Positions 49,445 to 59,125 of a DNA stretch of 64,000 bases are shown piece by piece; within the stretch, counting starts at the first letter, position 1; each line of letters opens with the position of its first letter. The notes beneath the pieces were generated by a model. That model did not search any database, had not been told where the DNA came from, and worked only from the letters and a program-made list of their open reading frames with translations. Both the position numbers and the translations under genes were made by a program. This stretch comes from an uncultured Prevotella sp. (GTDB lineage Bacteria; Bacteroidota; Bacteroidia; Bacteroidales; Bacteroidaceae): positions 26,662-90,661 of the forward strand of contig CALCVP010000072.1 of NCBI GenBank assembly GCA_937907705.1, read 5' to 3'.

Positions 49445-51160
49445 TTAGCGTACGATTACCTTTGAAGTGCGCACTGTACCGTCAGACAAGGTCTCGCTCT
49501 TGATATTCACGCCGTGGGCAGGAGCAGACAATCTGCGGCCACTGAGGTCGGTGTAAGTAACGCGGTTGACAGGAGCTGAGCTGCTGACAGTGGGCTTGCT
49601 GATGCCCGTAGCGTCTACATAGTACCACTCAATAGGTGATTCATAGCGCTTGTCTCCATCCTTATAGATAGTCTTTACGCCCAATTTCTCAAATCCGGTG
49701 GTATAGAAATAGACGATATGATTGTCGCCGTCAGAGGTTACATCAGAGCCTACATAGCCGTAAGGCACGTCTGTTACGTCTTCAGTGAACTCTGGATACT
49801 CGTCAGGAGTAAAGGTGAAGAGGTCGTCATCGAAGTAAAGATTGTAGTATATCTTGTCAGGATTGAGGTATTCACCATCGGTACTGATACGGCTGAGGTA
49901 GAACTGTACGCCACCATAACCATACTCTTCATCGTAGTTCATGAAGTCATAGAAGTACGCATTTTGTGGAGTTCCCGGCTTCTCTATCCAAGGTTTGACG
50001 GTAGGAGTAAAGAAGTCTGCCAATGCATACACATCATTGATGCCTTGATTGACTATAAATCCTTCATCACTGCTTATCTTCTTGGCTGTTACATCATAGT
50101 CAAATACAACGTCTTTCACCACATATACGCTGTCGTAAGTATAGTCATAGTCTGGGTCATAGATGCTCTTGCGACCTGCGGGAGCAAAGAATACGTGTGC
50201 ATTGTTGACTGTATCGACGCCTAAATACTGCGAACCGGAGAATGTAACCTTGTTACCGTTGACATGACCTTTTGCCCATCCGTCGGGTGCTCCATCTGTA
50301 ATGCCGCCTATGTACACGTTATCGCCTTCAAAAGCAATCTTTCCCAAGCGGTAGTCAAGGCTGTCTCCGCCTTCAAAACTGAATATTGCTGTCACTGCAG
50401 CAGAAGGATCAGAGGGAGCGTTAATGGGCTGTTCAAACTTAGATACCTCTTCGGTTAAATCGCCGTAACCTGTCCATGCTCCGTCTTCTGCACTTCCCAA
50501 GCCAATCAATATGTCTTTATCAGTCAAAATCAAGGAGTCGTTGCGCAGTACGAACTTGACAGTCTGGGTTGTCTCATCGGGCACATACGTGGTGTAGCTT
50601 TGACCATCTTGCTCCACGTCTTTCAGTACCATACGCCAAAGGCTGTAATAATCGGTGCTTCCCTCTGTATCGCCTTCTTGTGAATAGACGGGCTGCGGGA
50701 AGTTGAAAGCAATGGTATCGCCTTGTGCTTTCTCGCCTTTCACCCAGTAGTTGGCAGCAAATGTACTCAACAAGTTCTTTACATACACTGAACCATCATC
50801 GGCTTTCACTACATCAATGGCTGCACCGTCGGTAGCATTTGTGAATACATAGCCCCAGAAAACCATGTAACCGTCAGCTCTCTGATACCAATTTTTGTAG
50901 AGGGTACCGGCTGGTTGATCTGTGATAATGGTGTTGTTGTCGGCAGCTGCACGGCGCATCGTGCTGAAAGGTGAACTTTGCGACATGCCGATACCTGAGA
51001 GTTTGACAGGTGCGATGCTGCGTTTCATCATCTTTTCAGCATCAGATTGCAAGGCTGTTGCGCTTGACGGTTTGTTCACACTTAGTTTAACCAAAGGTTT
51101 CTGGGCAGAAACCGATGCGGCAAAAAGGGCTGCCGCCATTGTTAAGTACATCTTCTTCAT
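49445..51160 (-). CDS. Secreted hypothetical protein with a T9SS-type tail (paralog B)
   Basis: Same architecture as 44982-46700, with long identical blocks (e.g. NYWVKGEKAQGDTI, QYLGVDTVNNAH). Confidence 0.82.
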   Translation of the reverse strand: MKKMYLTMAAALFAASVSAQKPLVKLSVNKPSSATALQSDAEKMMKRSIAPVKLSGIGMSQSSPFSTMRRAAADNNTIITDQPAGTLYKNWYQRADGYMVFWGYVFTNATDGAAIDVVKADDGSVYVKNLLSTFAANYWVKGEKAQGDTIAFNFPQPVYSQEGDTEGSTDYYSLWRMVLKDVEQDGQSYTTYVPDETTQTVKFVLRNDSLILTDKDILIGLGSAEDGAWTGYGDLTEEVSKFEQPINAPSDPSAAVTAIFSFEGGDSLDYRLGKIAFEGDNVYIGGITDGAPDGWAKGHVNGNKVTFSGSQYLGVDTVNNAHVFFAPAGRKSIYDPDYDYTYDSVYVVKDVVFDYDVTAKKISSDEGFIVNQGINDVYALADFFTPTVKPWIEKPGTPQNAYFYDFMNYDEEYGYGGVQFYLSRISTDGEYLNPDKIYYNLYFDDDLFTFTPDEYPEFTEDVTDVPYGYVGSDVTSDGDNHIVYFYTTGFEKLGVKTIYKDGDKRYESPIEWYYVDATGISKPTVSSSAPVNRVTYTDLSGRRLSAPAHGVNIKSETLSDGTVRTSKVIVR

Positions 51161-51418
51161 AAGCTAATCCTTTCTTTTAGATTTGCTATTTGGCTCTTAA
51201 AAGTATATATTACTAACGAATTGTTATCGTTTGCAAATATAAGTAATAAGATGGTAGATTCCAAGCATTTTTCTTAAAAACATGCAATTTTACCTATTTT
51301 TTTTAATATCAAGTTTGCTTTTTGACTATTTTTTTATTGTTTACATTATTATATATAGATATAAAGGTGCTTTTATTTGTCAATAGGTTATTGTTTCTGC
51401 TAAATTCAATACAAACCG

Positions 51419-51469
51419 TTACAGTGTTGAACACTATACTATGAAGAAAAGTTTTTACGGTGTTGAACA
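51419..51469. promoter_or_regulatory. Pair of 15-bp direct repeats, candidate regulator sites
   Basis: TTACAGTGTTGAACA at 51419 and TTACGGTGTTGAACA at 51455; the first contains the palindrome GTGTT-G-AACAC. Confidence 0.6.
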
Positions 51470-51497
51470 GGTAATTTTATACTTGAAAATGCTTTGA

Positions 51498-51513
51498 TGG
51501 CATGTTTTTTGCT
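51498..51513 (+). promoter_or_regulatory. Sigma-54 (-24/-12) promoter upstream of the COG0523 GTPase
   Basis: TGGCATG-TTTT-TTGCT, ending 33 bp before the ATG. Confidence 0.75.
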
Positions 51514-51546
51514 ATGCTTTAACAATAAACACTAAACAACAAGTAT

Positions 51547-52683
51547 ATGAATAATATGGAAACGCCTGTGCTTTTGCTGACAGGTTACTTAGGAAGTGGA
51601 AAGACAACACTGCTTAACAGAATATTGTCTAACGAGAAAGGAATAAAGTTTGCAGTCATAGTAAATGATATTGGCGAGGTAAACATAGATGCTACCCTTA
51701 TCCAACAGGGTGGTGTTGTGGGTCAGAAAGACGACAGCTTGGTAGCTCTTCAGAACGGATGTATCTGCTGTACGCTGAAGATGGACCTTGTGCAGCAGTT
51801 GAGCGACATTGTTTCCCAGCATCGTTTTGACTATATTGTGATAGAGGCAAGCGGCATTTGCGAGCCTGCTCCGATAGCTCAATCTATCAGTGTTTACCCA
51901 AAGATGTATCCTAATTTGGCTAAAGACGGTGTGGCAAAGCTGGATGCTATCGTTACGGTAGTGGATGCCTTGCGCTTGCGCGACGAGTTTGCCGAGGGCA
52001 ATGACCTTACAAAGGGCAACCTTGATGAGGACGATTTGGCCAGCTTGGTGATACAACAGGTAGAGTTCTGCAATATGATTTTGCTGAACAAAGCTGACGA
52101 GGTAGGCCCTGAGGAGTTGGCTCGTATCAAGGCTATTCTGCACCAGCTGCAGCCTAAAGCAGAGATTTTGCCTTGCAACTATGGTGATGTGGATTTGGAT
52201 AAGCTGCTGAACACCCATTTGTTTGATTTTGAGAAGGTGGCTACTTCTGCCCGTTGGATTGAGGCAGTAGAGGGAGACGAGCATGACCTTGAGAACGAAG
52301 ACGAGGGCGAAGCCTTGGAGTATGGTATCGGTACCTTTGTATATTACCGCCGTAAGCCTATCGACATGAACAAGTTTGACTACATTGTGGCCAAGAAGTG
52401 GCCTAAGAGTGTTATCAGATGCAAGGGCTTGTGCTATTTCAAAGGTGAGGAAGACACCTGCTATGTGTTTGAACAGGCAGGCAAGCAAGTGTCGTTGCGC
52501 AATGCCGGACAGTGGTATGCCACGATGCCTAAGGATGAACTGGAAGAGTTTAAGAAGCAAAACCCCGGCATACTTCGCGACTGGGACGATACCTATGGCG
52601 ACCGTATGCAGAAATTGGTGTTCATAGGTCAGGACATGAACCGTGAAGAGATAGAGAAAGAGTTGGACTATTGCTTGGAGTAA
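51547..52683 (+). CDS. COG0523/CobW-family G3E GTPase (putative metallochaperone)
   Basis: TGYLGSGKTT, GCICC metal motif, IEASG, NKAD, CobW_C-like domain (RCKG, DRMQKLVFIG). Confidence 0.93.
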   Translation: MNNMETPVLLLTGYLGSGKTTLLNRILSNEKGIKFAVIVNDIGEVNIDATLIQQGGVVGQKDDSLVALQNGCICCTLKMDLVQQLSDIVSQHRFDYIVIEASGICEPAPIAQSISVYPKMYPNLAKDGVAKLDAIVTVVDALRLRDEFAEGNDLTKGNLDEDDLASLVIQQVEFCNMILLNKADEVGPEELARIKAILHQLQPKAEILPCNYGDVDLDKLLNTHLFDFEKVATSARWIEAVEGDEHDLENEDEGEALEYGIGTFVYYRRKPIDMNKFDYIVAKKWPKSVIRCKGLCYFKGEEDTCYVFEQAGKQVSLRNAGQWYATMPKDELEEFKKQNPGILRDWDDTYGDRMQKLVFIGQDMNREEIEKELDYCLE

Positions 52684-52768
52684 CAGCAACAGTATCTATT
52701 AATTGGTTGGTACTTCCTGTTATATAAAAGAATAGACAACAACTTGAAAACCAATTTGTTTTATACAC

Positions 52769-52807
52769 GAAAGCCTTGGACTGAGAAGTTGGTCCAAGGC
52801 TTTCTTT
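52769..52807. terminator. Terminator between convergent genes
   Basis: GAAAGCCTTGGAC...GTCCAAGGCTTTCTTT. Confidence 0.8.
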
Positions 52808-52872
52808 ATATCTTCGGCTATTGTATCAGCATGTCGTTTCTGTCGTTTTTCATGCAGAATGGCTGCTGTTGC

Positions 52873-55482
52873 TTATTTGGCCATAAACTTTTTGCCGTTG
52901 CGTATGTATACGGTACCGTTAACAGTTTTGTTTATCGGCTGGCCTTGTAGGTTGTAGGTGTGTTTTGACATGACTGTTAAAGGTGTTGTAACGTGTTCTA
53001 TGCCATCTGCCAGCCGTTGGTATTTGAATGTTATAGTGGCCATAATCTGCTTGTTTTTACCCTTTGAGTCTTCAGCAGAAGTTACGATGTTGGAGTTGTC
53101 AAAGGTCAGCCGTATTTGCTGTTTGGCTACCATTGGTTCTACTGTTGTGCTTTGCGCGGTCTGTTTTGCCGTTCCGCCGGGAAAGCAGAAAGGGGCAGTG
53201 AGCAGCGAGGTTTCGCTTCCGTCTACATATACACCAGTCATGTAGATAGACCTGTCTGCAGTGGTAGAGGCATTGTTGCTGTATCCTTCGATGGTCATGG
53301 CGGTGATGGTGTAACCGCTGTTTACGCTAAACGCAATCTCGTTGTTGTTACCGGTGCGCATCTTTATGTAGCCGTTGGAGCTGCTGGTGGTTATTTCTCC
53401 GTTTTCGCCTGCGGTATAGCAGTTTCCCGTAACGGTGCCTTTGTCTTCAGCAGGCATCTTCAGCGTTTCTTCGCCCTCAGCAGGTACGGGTGCGGGTGCC
53501 ACTTCCGGTGCATGGTTTTGCGTCTGTGTGGCGTATGCGGTACCGTCAATGCCTAAATAGTCGGGTAGGTAATAGCCCAGGTGAGGCGGCTGGTTGTAAG
53601 ATGAATTTTGCCAAACTGCTCCCATGCGATACACGTGGTCCTCCATCAGGCAGGGCACTTTGTAGCGGGTAGGTTCGGGTGTTGAGTAAATCAAAATCTT
53701 GCAGGTAGGCGATGACCAGTCTGTTTCATGCTGAAACATAACGAGCTCCTCGCGCCAGTCGCCCAGCAAGTCGGCCTGCAGACAGGGTGTAGCCTTGGTG
53801 GTGTTGCATGACATGGGCGAGCCATACTCGCTGAACTCTTGAAATGTGGTTATGCCTCTTGTTTCGGTGTTGTACACTCTGATGCGTGGCGCAGCCTTGT
53901 CTGTACCCGCATCGTAGCGCCCGTCAAAGGTTTGGTCATAGGGGTCTCCAGTCCAGTATATGCGGAAGTTGGTGTCCGGTTTCTTCTTCAATACCACTTG
54001 ACCTGTGGCACAGTCATGGATGTTTCCGTCTGCAGATGACCAAAATTCATAGCCACGGTTGGCAGGAATAAAGTCTGCTGCCAGTCCGCGTCCATTGTCG
54101 GCAGAGCCTGTTGCCGACACTAACAGTTCGCCTGTGGCGGCATCGTGCACATCGTAGCCATAGGGCTTTTCCTCGTGTGGCATCATTATTTCCAGACCTG
54201 GACGGTCGGGTAGCAGGTCTGCCAAGTGGATAGCATCTCCATGTCCTAATCCGGTAGAGCAGAGCAGTTGTCCGTCATGGGCTATGGTAGCACTGCCTAT
54301 GCAGATGTCATCGTAGCCGTCGTTGTTGACATCAGCCACAGATATGCCGTGCACGCCCTGTCCAAAACTCGATTTTCCTGTGCCTTCATGCAGTGTGTTG
54401 CCTTGCGTGTCTACCACTGCCCATTTGTTTTCAAAACCTTTATGCAGCCAACGTGTGGAGAGTTGCTTGCCGTTCCAGTCTACAGCCCACAAGAAGCAGT
54501 TTTTGTAGTAGCCGCGTTGGAATATTGCAGTAGGCAATTTTTGCATGCCGTCAAGATATGCCACGCAGGCATTGAAGCGTTCGGCTCTATTGCTGTTGCT
54601 GTCGCCAAAGAACGAGTTGGCTTGCGTAGCGCCGGTAGGGAAGTCCACTCCCGAGCGGCTGGGCGAATACCATATCGTGTGCATGGCGGCTCCTGTCTCG
54701 CCGTTGAACACAGTGAGCAGTTCCTCGCCATCGGTTACGCGCCCCTTTGAATTGATGTACACCTTGCTGTTGTCGATAGCTTTGATGGTCTCGTCGCCAG
54801 CTTCTGTAGCATAGTTTTCGTTGCCGTCGGTGGTGCCGGCCGCCGTTTTGCAGAGCAGTTCGGCTTTGCCGTCTCCGTCAAGGTCGTAGACCACCAGCTG
54901 GGTAGTGTGGTTGCCGGAGCGCACATTGGGTCCGATGTTGATGTCGTGTTGCCACAGTGGTGTGCCGTCCATCTTGTAGGCCGAGATGATGCAGGGCGAT
55001 GCATAGCCGTCTTTTCCGCTGTCGCGCTGGTTGTCAGGCAGCCATTTGAGTATCAGCTCATAATTGCCGTCTCCGTCAAGGTCGCCCACTGCCATGTCGT
55101 CAGGGCGGTAGCGTCCTGTAGTGTTGCCCGTTTTGATGGGGGCAGGGCGTTTTACGTCAAAGTTGGTAAACATGTTGTCCCAAGCTGTGGCTTGGCAGGT
55201 TTCGCCTGTAGAGCTTACCACTTTATACACATCGCCAGGCTTGCCGTTGGCATCCAGGTAGTTGGTTACGTTGTCAATGCCCGTGGCCAATTGGCTGTTG
55301 TTGCGGTAAACGCTGAATGTGGTGTTGGCTGCATCTGCGGTAAGTGCACGCCATGATACCAAGATACCTTGGCTGGTCTTCACTGCCACGGGCGCTCTGT
55401 TAAGCTTTTCTTTCACTTGTTGGGCTGAAGCAGACAAGGTCAAGCCTGCCAGCAGCGTAGCAAAAAGTACTTTTTTCCTCAT
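52873..55482 (-). CDS. Rhamnogalacturonan lyase, PL11 (YesW-like), with an extra C-terminal domain and a T9SS-type tail
   Basis: EKLNRAPVAV...LVSWR, GDLDGDGNYELILKW, VYDLDGDGKAE, GLGHGDAIH, ADLLGDWREE, WQNSSYNQPPH motifs. Confidence 0.92.
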   Translation of the reverse strand: MRKKVLFATLLAGLTLSASAQQVKEKLNRAPVAVKTSQGILVSWRALTADAANTTFSVYRNNSQLATGIDNVTNYLDANGKPGDVYKVVSSTGETCQATAWDNMFTNFDVKRPAPIKTGNTTGRYRPDDMAVGDLDGDGNYELILKWLPDNQRDSGKDGYASPCIISAYKMDGTPLWQHDINIGPNVRSGNHTTQLVVYDLDGDGKAELLCKTAAGTTDGNENYATEAGDETIKAIDNSKVYINSKGRVTDGEELLTVFNGETGAAMHTIWYSPSRSGVDFPTGATQANSFFGDSNSNRAERFNACVAYLDGMQKLPTAIFQRGYYKNCFLWAVDWNGKQLSTRWLHKGFENKWAVVDTQGNTLHEGTGKSSFGQGVHGISVADVNNDGYDDICIGSATIAHDGQLLCSTGLGHGDAIHLADLLPDRPGLEIMMPHEEKPYGYDVHDAATGELLVSATGSADNGRGLAADFIPANRGYEFWSSADGNIHDCATGQVVLKKKPDTNFRIYWTGDPYDQTFDGRYDAGTDKAAPRIRVYNTETRGITTFQEFSEYGSPMSCNTTKATPCLQADLLGDWREELVMFQHETDWSSPTCKILIYSTPEPTRYKVPCLMEDHVYRMGAVWQNSSYNQPPHLGYYLPDYLGIDGTAYATQTQNHAPEVAPAPVPAEGEETLKMPAEDKGTVTGNCYTAGENGEITTSSSNGYIKMRTGNNNEIAFSVNSGYTITAMTIEGYSNNASTTADRSIYMTGVYVDGSETSLLTAPFCFPGGTAKQTAQSTTVEPMVAKQQIRLTFDNSNIVTSAEDSKGKNKQIMATITFKYQRLADGIEHVTTPLTVMSKHTYNLQGQPINKTVNGTVYIRNGKKFMAK

Positions 55483-55605
55483 TTGATAAATTGTGTTTTC
55501 TGATTTGTTGTAAGTTTGATAGCGTATTTATAATGTCCGGTTATACCGGTACTGTAAGTGTACAAGGCATGTTTTGCCAATGAGTTTGTTTTTCTGTGTT
55601 TTTCC

Positions 55606-55708
55606 AAGAGCATAGCAATCGGTTTCCAACAGCACTGCAATCAGGATGCGATAGCAGTGCAATCACCCTGCGATTGCATAGCTATTGGAAACCGATTGCA
55701 GCGCTTTG
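55606..55708. repeat. 22-bp-period palindrome array, 5 units
   Basis: Cores at 55606 AAGAGCATAGCAATC, 55628 AACAGCACTGCAATC, 55650 GATAGCAGTGCAATC, 55672 GATTGCATAGCTATT, 55694 GATTGCAGCGCTTTG. Confidence 0.9.
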
Positions 55709-55723
55709 GCAGCGCATGCACTG

Positions 55724-57016
55724 CTAAAGCTCGTAAAACTTGGTAAAGGCTTGTATGCAATACTCATGGTCTGCCACTGATGCTGTCTCTCTTACAGAGT
55801 GCATGGCCAGCACAGGATTGCCCATGTCCACGCCCTTTACAGGCAGCGATGAGGCTAATATGTTGCCTAAAGTGCTGCCTCCTGCCACATCGCTATGATT
55901 GACAAAGCGCTGGCAAGGCACTCCTGCCTGCTCGCAGATGTCTGCAAATACGGCAGCCGACACGGCATCGCTGGCATACTTTTGTGCCGCATTGAACTTG
56001 ATGACAGGGCCTCCGCCCAATACAGGATGATTGGTGGGGTCGTATTTCTCTGTGTAGTTGGGATGCCAAGCGTGGGCGTTGTCTGCCGAAATCATGAAGG
56101 CTTGCTCTACACTGCGGTAAAAGTCATCGGCTGTTCCGCCTTGTGCCAACGTCAGTCGCTCCAAGATAGAGGCCAAGAAGGGGCTGCCTGCTCCCTGCTT
56201 TGTCTGGCTGCCGGTCTCTTCATTGTCGAAAATAGCCAATACCTGAGTGGTTTCGGGCACAGCATCGCTGGTGTTCAGCAGTGCTGTCAAGCCTGCATGC
56301 ACCATGCTGAGGTCGTCTAAACGGCCTGCGGAAATCAGCTCCTTGTGCACACCAAAGGTGCAGGCAGGGGTAGTGTCGTACAGATACAGATCGAAATCAA
56401 GCACATCTTGTGCCTTTACATTTAACTCTGAGCAGATGACATCCATCAAGAGTTGATTGCTTTCCAGTTCATTGTTGACGATGCCCAAGATGGGCAGCAT
56501 ATCCTTTTGGCGGCTAAGTTTTACGCCATCGTTTACCTGCCGGTTGAAGTGAATGGCTAAACTGCTGATTTGCAGCAGCGGTCTCTTTACGTGCAGTAGG
56601 CGTGTTTGCGGATGCATCACATCGCTTGAGCGCACAATTACCCTGCCTGCCAAGCTCAGCGGACGGTCAAACCAGGTGCTCAGAATGGGACCGCCATATA
56701 CCTCTGTGTTGAGTTTGGTAATGCCTCCCTCACAAAGCATCTCGGCATGGGGCTTGATGCGGAAGGTAGGTGAGTCGCAGTGGGCGCATATCAAGTGGAA
56801 ACCTGCCTCTGCCAAAGGGCGCTTTCCTATGCGTACCGCATAGAGCGAAGAATCGTTTTTGGTAAAAAACAGCTGTTCGCCAGGCTGGGCGGAACGGATA
56901 GATTCTGTGGCATCCTTATGGGCAAAACCTACTTTTGTAAGCCTGTCTGCCAAGGTTCGCACCGCCAGAAAATTGACAGGCGAAGCATTTAAGAAGTCAA
57001 TAAGGTCATTAATCAT
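55724..57016 (-). CDS. M18-family (aspartyl) aminopeptidase
   Basis: AHCDSP, EVYGGPILSTWFDRPL, RLDDL, FDNEETGS, SADNAHAWHPNY, GGSTLG, LAMHSVRE motifs. Confidence 0.93.
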   Translation of the reverse strand: MINDLIDFLNASPVNFLAVRTLADRLTKVGFAHKDATESIRSAQPGEQLFFTKNDSSLYAVRIGKRPLAEAGFHLICAHCDSPTFRIKPHAEMLCEGGITKLNTEVYGGPILSTWFDRPLSLAGRVIVRSSDVMHPQTRLLHVKRPLLQISSLAIHFNRQVNDGVKLSRQKDMLPILGIVNNELESNQLLMDVICSELNVKAQDVLDFDLYLYDTTPACTFGVHKELISAGRLDDLSMVHAGLTALLNTSDAVPETTQVLAIFDNEETGSQTKQGAGSPFLASILERLTLAQGGTADDFYRSVEQAFMISADNAHAWHPNYTEKYDPTNHPVLGGGPVIKFNAAQKYASDAVSAAVFADICEQAGVPCQRFVNHSDVAGGSTLGNILASSLPVKGVDMGNPVLAMHSVRETASVADHEYCIQAFTKFYEL

Positions 57017-57366
57017 AGTGATGTGTTATAAGTGTAGAAACAAATAAAACTGCCTGTACCGCCTTTCAGTGCAAGGGGTACAAGTGAATGAATACTTCAC
57101 AAAAATACATATTTTAATTCATTACGGTGCCAATAAATGCCGAAAACTATGCAGTCGGAGTGAAAAAGCTGTGGAGAACGGCATGAAAAGCTATCCAAAC
57201 GAATGGCAAAGAGCACGAAGAAACAACAAAAAAGGCTGTTTGTCAAGCATCAAAAGCAGACCGTAGTCGTGCCGATACTTGTCAAACAGCCTTGTGGCAA
57301 TATGCCTGTCAGCAGGTTACAGTGTCAATACAGAGTTGACTTGGCAGCCTGCTGGGCAGGACAGAT

Positions 57367-58992
57367 TTATTTCTTGAGCATCTTGTAAGTCTTGCCGTCA
57401 GCAGTACGTACAATGTAGATACCGTGCTGCAAAGCACCACTTATCTGGCGACCGCTGAGGTCATAGAATTTGGCATTGCCCAAAGTTTGGTTTTGCTTGA
57501 TGCTGTTGATGCCGGTGGTAGCACCCTTGAAGTTGACAGTATAGTTGCTGCTGTTGTTCATGTCATCGGAAACAACAGTGATGTTCAGCTGAGCACCCGT
57601 CTCAGTTGATACAATATCCCAGCTTGCAAGGCTGTTGGCTCCGTCGGTAATCACATTAATGTCATCATTGGTCAGCTCGCCATCGTAGTTCACGTTGTAT
57701 GAATAGGTGTCTTTGTTGAAGCCTTCCAGCTCCTTGCCTTTGATGGTAATGCCCTTTACTTTGTAGTTGTATACCAACTCCAAGTCGTCTACAAAGATAG
57801 AATCACTGTCTGAACCCTTGCCTGCATCGGCATTGGTAGAGATGGTAATCTGTAGGTTGCGTGGCTCAATATTGTTCTTCTGGCCGCGTGAGTAGTCAAA
57901 AGGTATTACCATTTGTTTCCACTCTCCGTTGGTAGAAGTTATCTTGGCGTTGCATGCCTGACCTACTACATGCTTGGCAAAAGCAGATTCACCGTTTTCG
58001 TCTAACGCACCTTCAGGGTCTTGGAAACGCTCGCCATCGGTCAGTACAGCATTGATAGTAGCGTATGGATGCGCCTCATTAGGTGTGCCTTGACCATATT
58101 TAATCCATACCTTCAGCGTGTCAGGACAGGTGTTCATAGGCACATAGAAGGGGTCACCATTGGCGTCCAAGTCAGAAGAGTCCACAGCAGACCAAGCATA
58201 GTTGTTGTCTACATCGGTAGCAGTAGTAGAGCCAGTGTTCATGCGGCCGGTAGTAATGGTACCGTTGGCAATGACAGGTTCACCTGTAGTCTCGTCGCTA
58301 ATGCCTGTATTAAGGGCAATTACCTTTACGCTCTGCTTGCCTGTTGAGCCTGGGCGAACATCGTTGCTGATAAATGTGTGGGGCATCCAGCCTGCCAGAT
58401 AAACCAGTACAGGATTGCCGGATGCGCTCATGAAAGAGTGCCAGTTGTTTGGTTCATCGCTCTCAACTTTATTGGAACCATACATGTCTACAGAGGCAGT
58501 GTGGAAAGCTTCGAAACCACTGTTGGGCACTTGTCCTAACTGTTGGGCGTTTTGACCGATGAAAACCTTGATGGTCATGCCTGTGTTTGACTGGATGTTG
58601 AGCAGTGCAGAAAGTCTGTCTGACTTGATCTGACCGTTCAAGTAGATGTTTACAAGGCCTAAAGACGGACCTAACCATGTGCCGGCAGGCACGTTGGCAT
58701 CGTCGCCTTCGGTAATGTTGACAGCTTCATTGTCTCTCAACAGCGTGTAGAAACCGCAGGCAGTAGCGCCTACGTTCTTTACTGTTACATTGCCGATAGG
58801 CATTCCTTGGAAGTTGAAGTTAGCCAAAGAGAAGGTGTAACTGCCATTGCCGTTGTCGTCAACGGTTACGTCGATGGGGTCGCAAGGCATTGGAATGCCG
58901 TTCAACTCTACCGTTAGTGGCTCCTTGTAGTTAGTGGCAGATGCTGCCAATGACATCAAAGCAGCGACTGCAAGTGTAAAAATCTTTTTCAT
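57367..58992 (-). CDS. Secreted protein with a calycin-like N-terminus, a PCMD-like domain and a T9SS-type tail
   Basis: Signal peptide; FSLANFNF..IGNVTV; VPNSGFE...W, NGTITTGR, IFVDDLELVY; tail FYDLSGRQ...GIYIVR. Confidence 0.7.
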   Translation of the reverse strand: MKKIFTLAVAALMSLAASATNYKEPLTVELNGIPMPCDPIDVTVDDNGNGSYTFSLANFNFQGMPIGNVTVKNVGATACGFYTLLRDNEAVNITEGDDANVPAGTWLGPSLGLVNIYLNGQIKSDRLSALLNIQSNTGMTIKVFIGQNAQQLGQVPNSGFEAFHTASVDMYGSNKVESDEPNNWHSFMSASGNPVLVYLAGWMPHTFISNDVRPGSTGKQSVKVIALNTGISDETTGEPVIANGTITTGRMNTGSTTATDVDNNYAWSAVDSSDLDANGDPFYVPMNTCPDTLKVWIKYGQGTPNEAHPYATINAVLTDGERFQDPEGALDENGESAFAKHVVGQACNAKITSTNGEWKQMVIPFDYSRGQKNNIEPRNLQITISTNADAGKGSDSDSIFVDDLELVYNYKVKGITIKGKELEGFNKDTYSYNVNYDGELTNDDINVITDGANSLASWDIVSTETGAQLNITVVSDDMNNSSNYTVNFKGATTGINSIKQNQTLGNAKFYDLSGRQISGALQHGIYIVRTADGKTYKMLKK

Positions 58993-59125
58993 ATTTTCCT
59001 TTCTTTATATAATGGTATATATTTTTTCTGAGTATCCTCTTGTGTGTGTGGCGTGCCCTTATTGCTCCTTTGCGGTAGCTGTTGATGGGCAAACAGCCGG
59101 TAAGCAGCGTTCTGCAGTGTGGCGT

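Noticed and set aside
44982..51160. Paralog pair as the template/variable repeats of a diversity-generating retroelement
   Set aside because: Differences span the whole gene, are largely synonymous and not adenine-specific; no reverse transcriptase is in the window.
51589..52689. Long antisense or alternate-frame ORFs (also 101-817, 11187-12149, 23791-24861, 37478-38326, 39561-40430, 42674-43531)
   Set aside because: They overlap well-supported genes on the opposite strand and have no recognisable motifs; they are codon-bias shadows.
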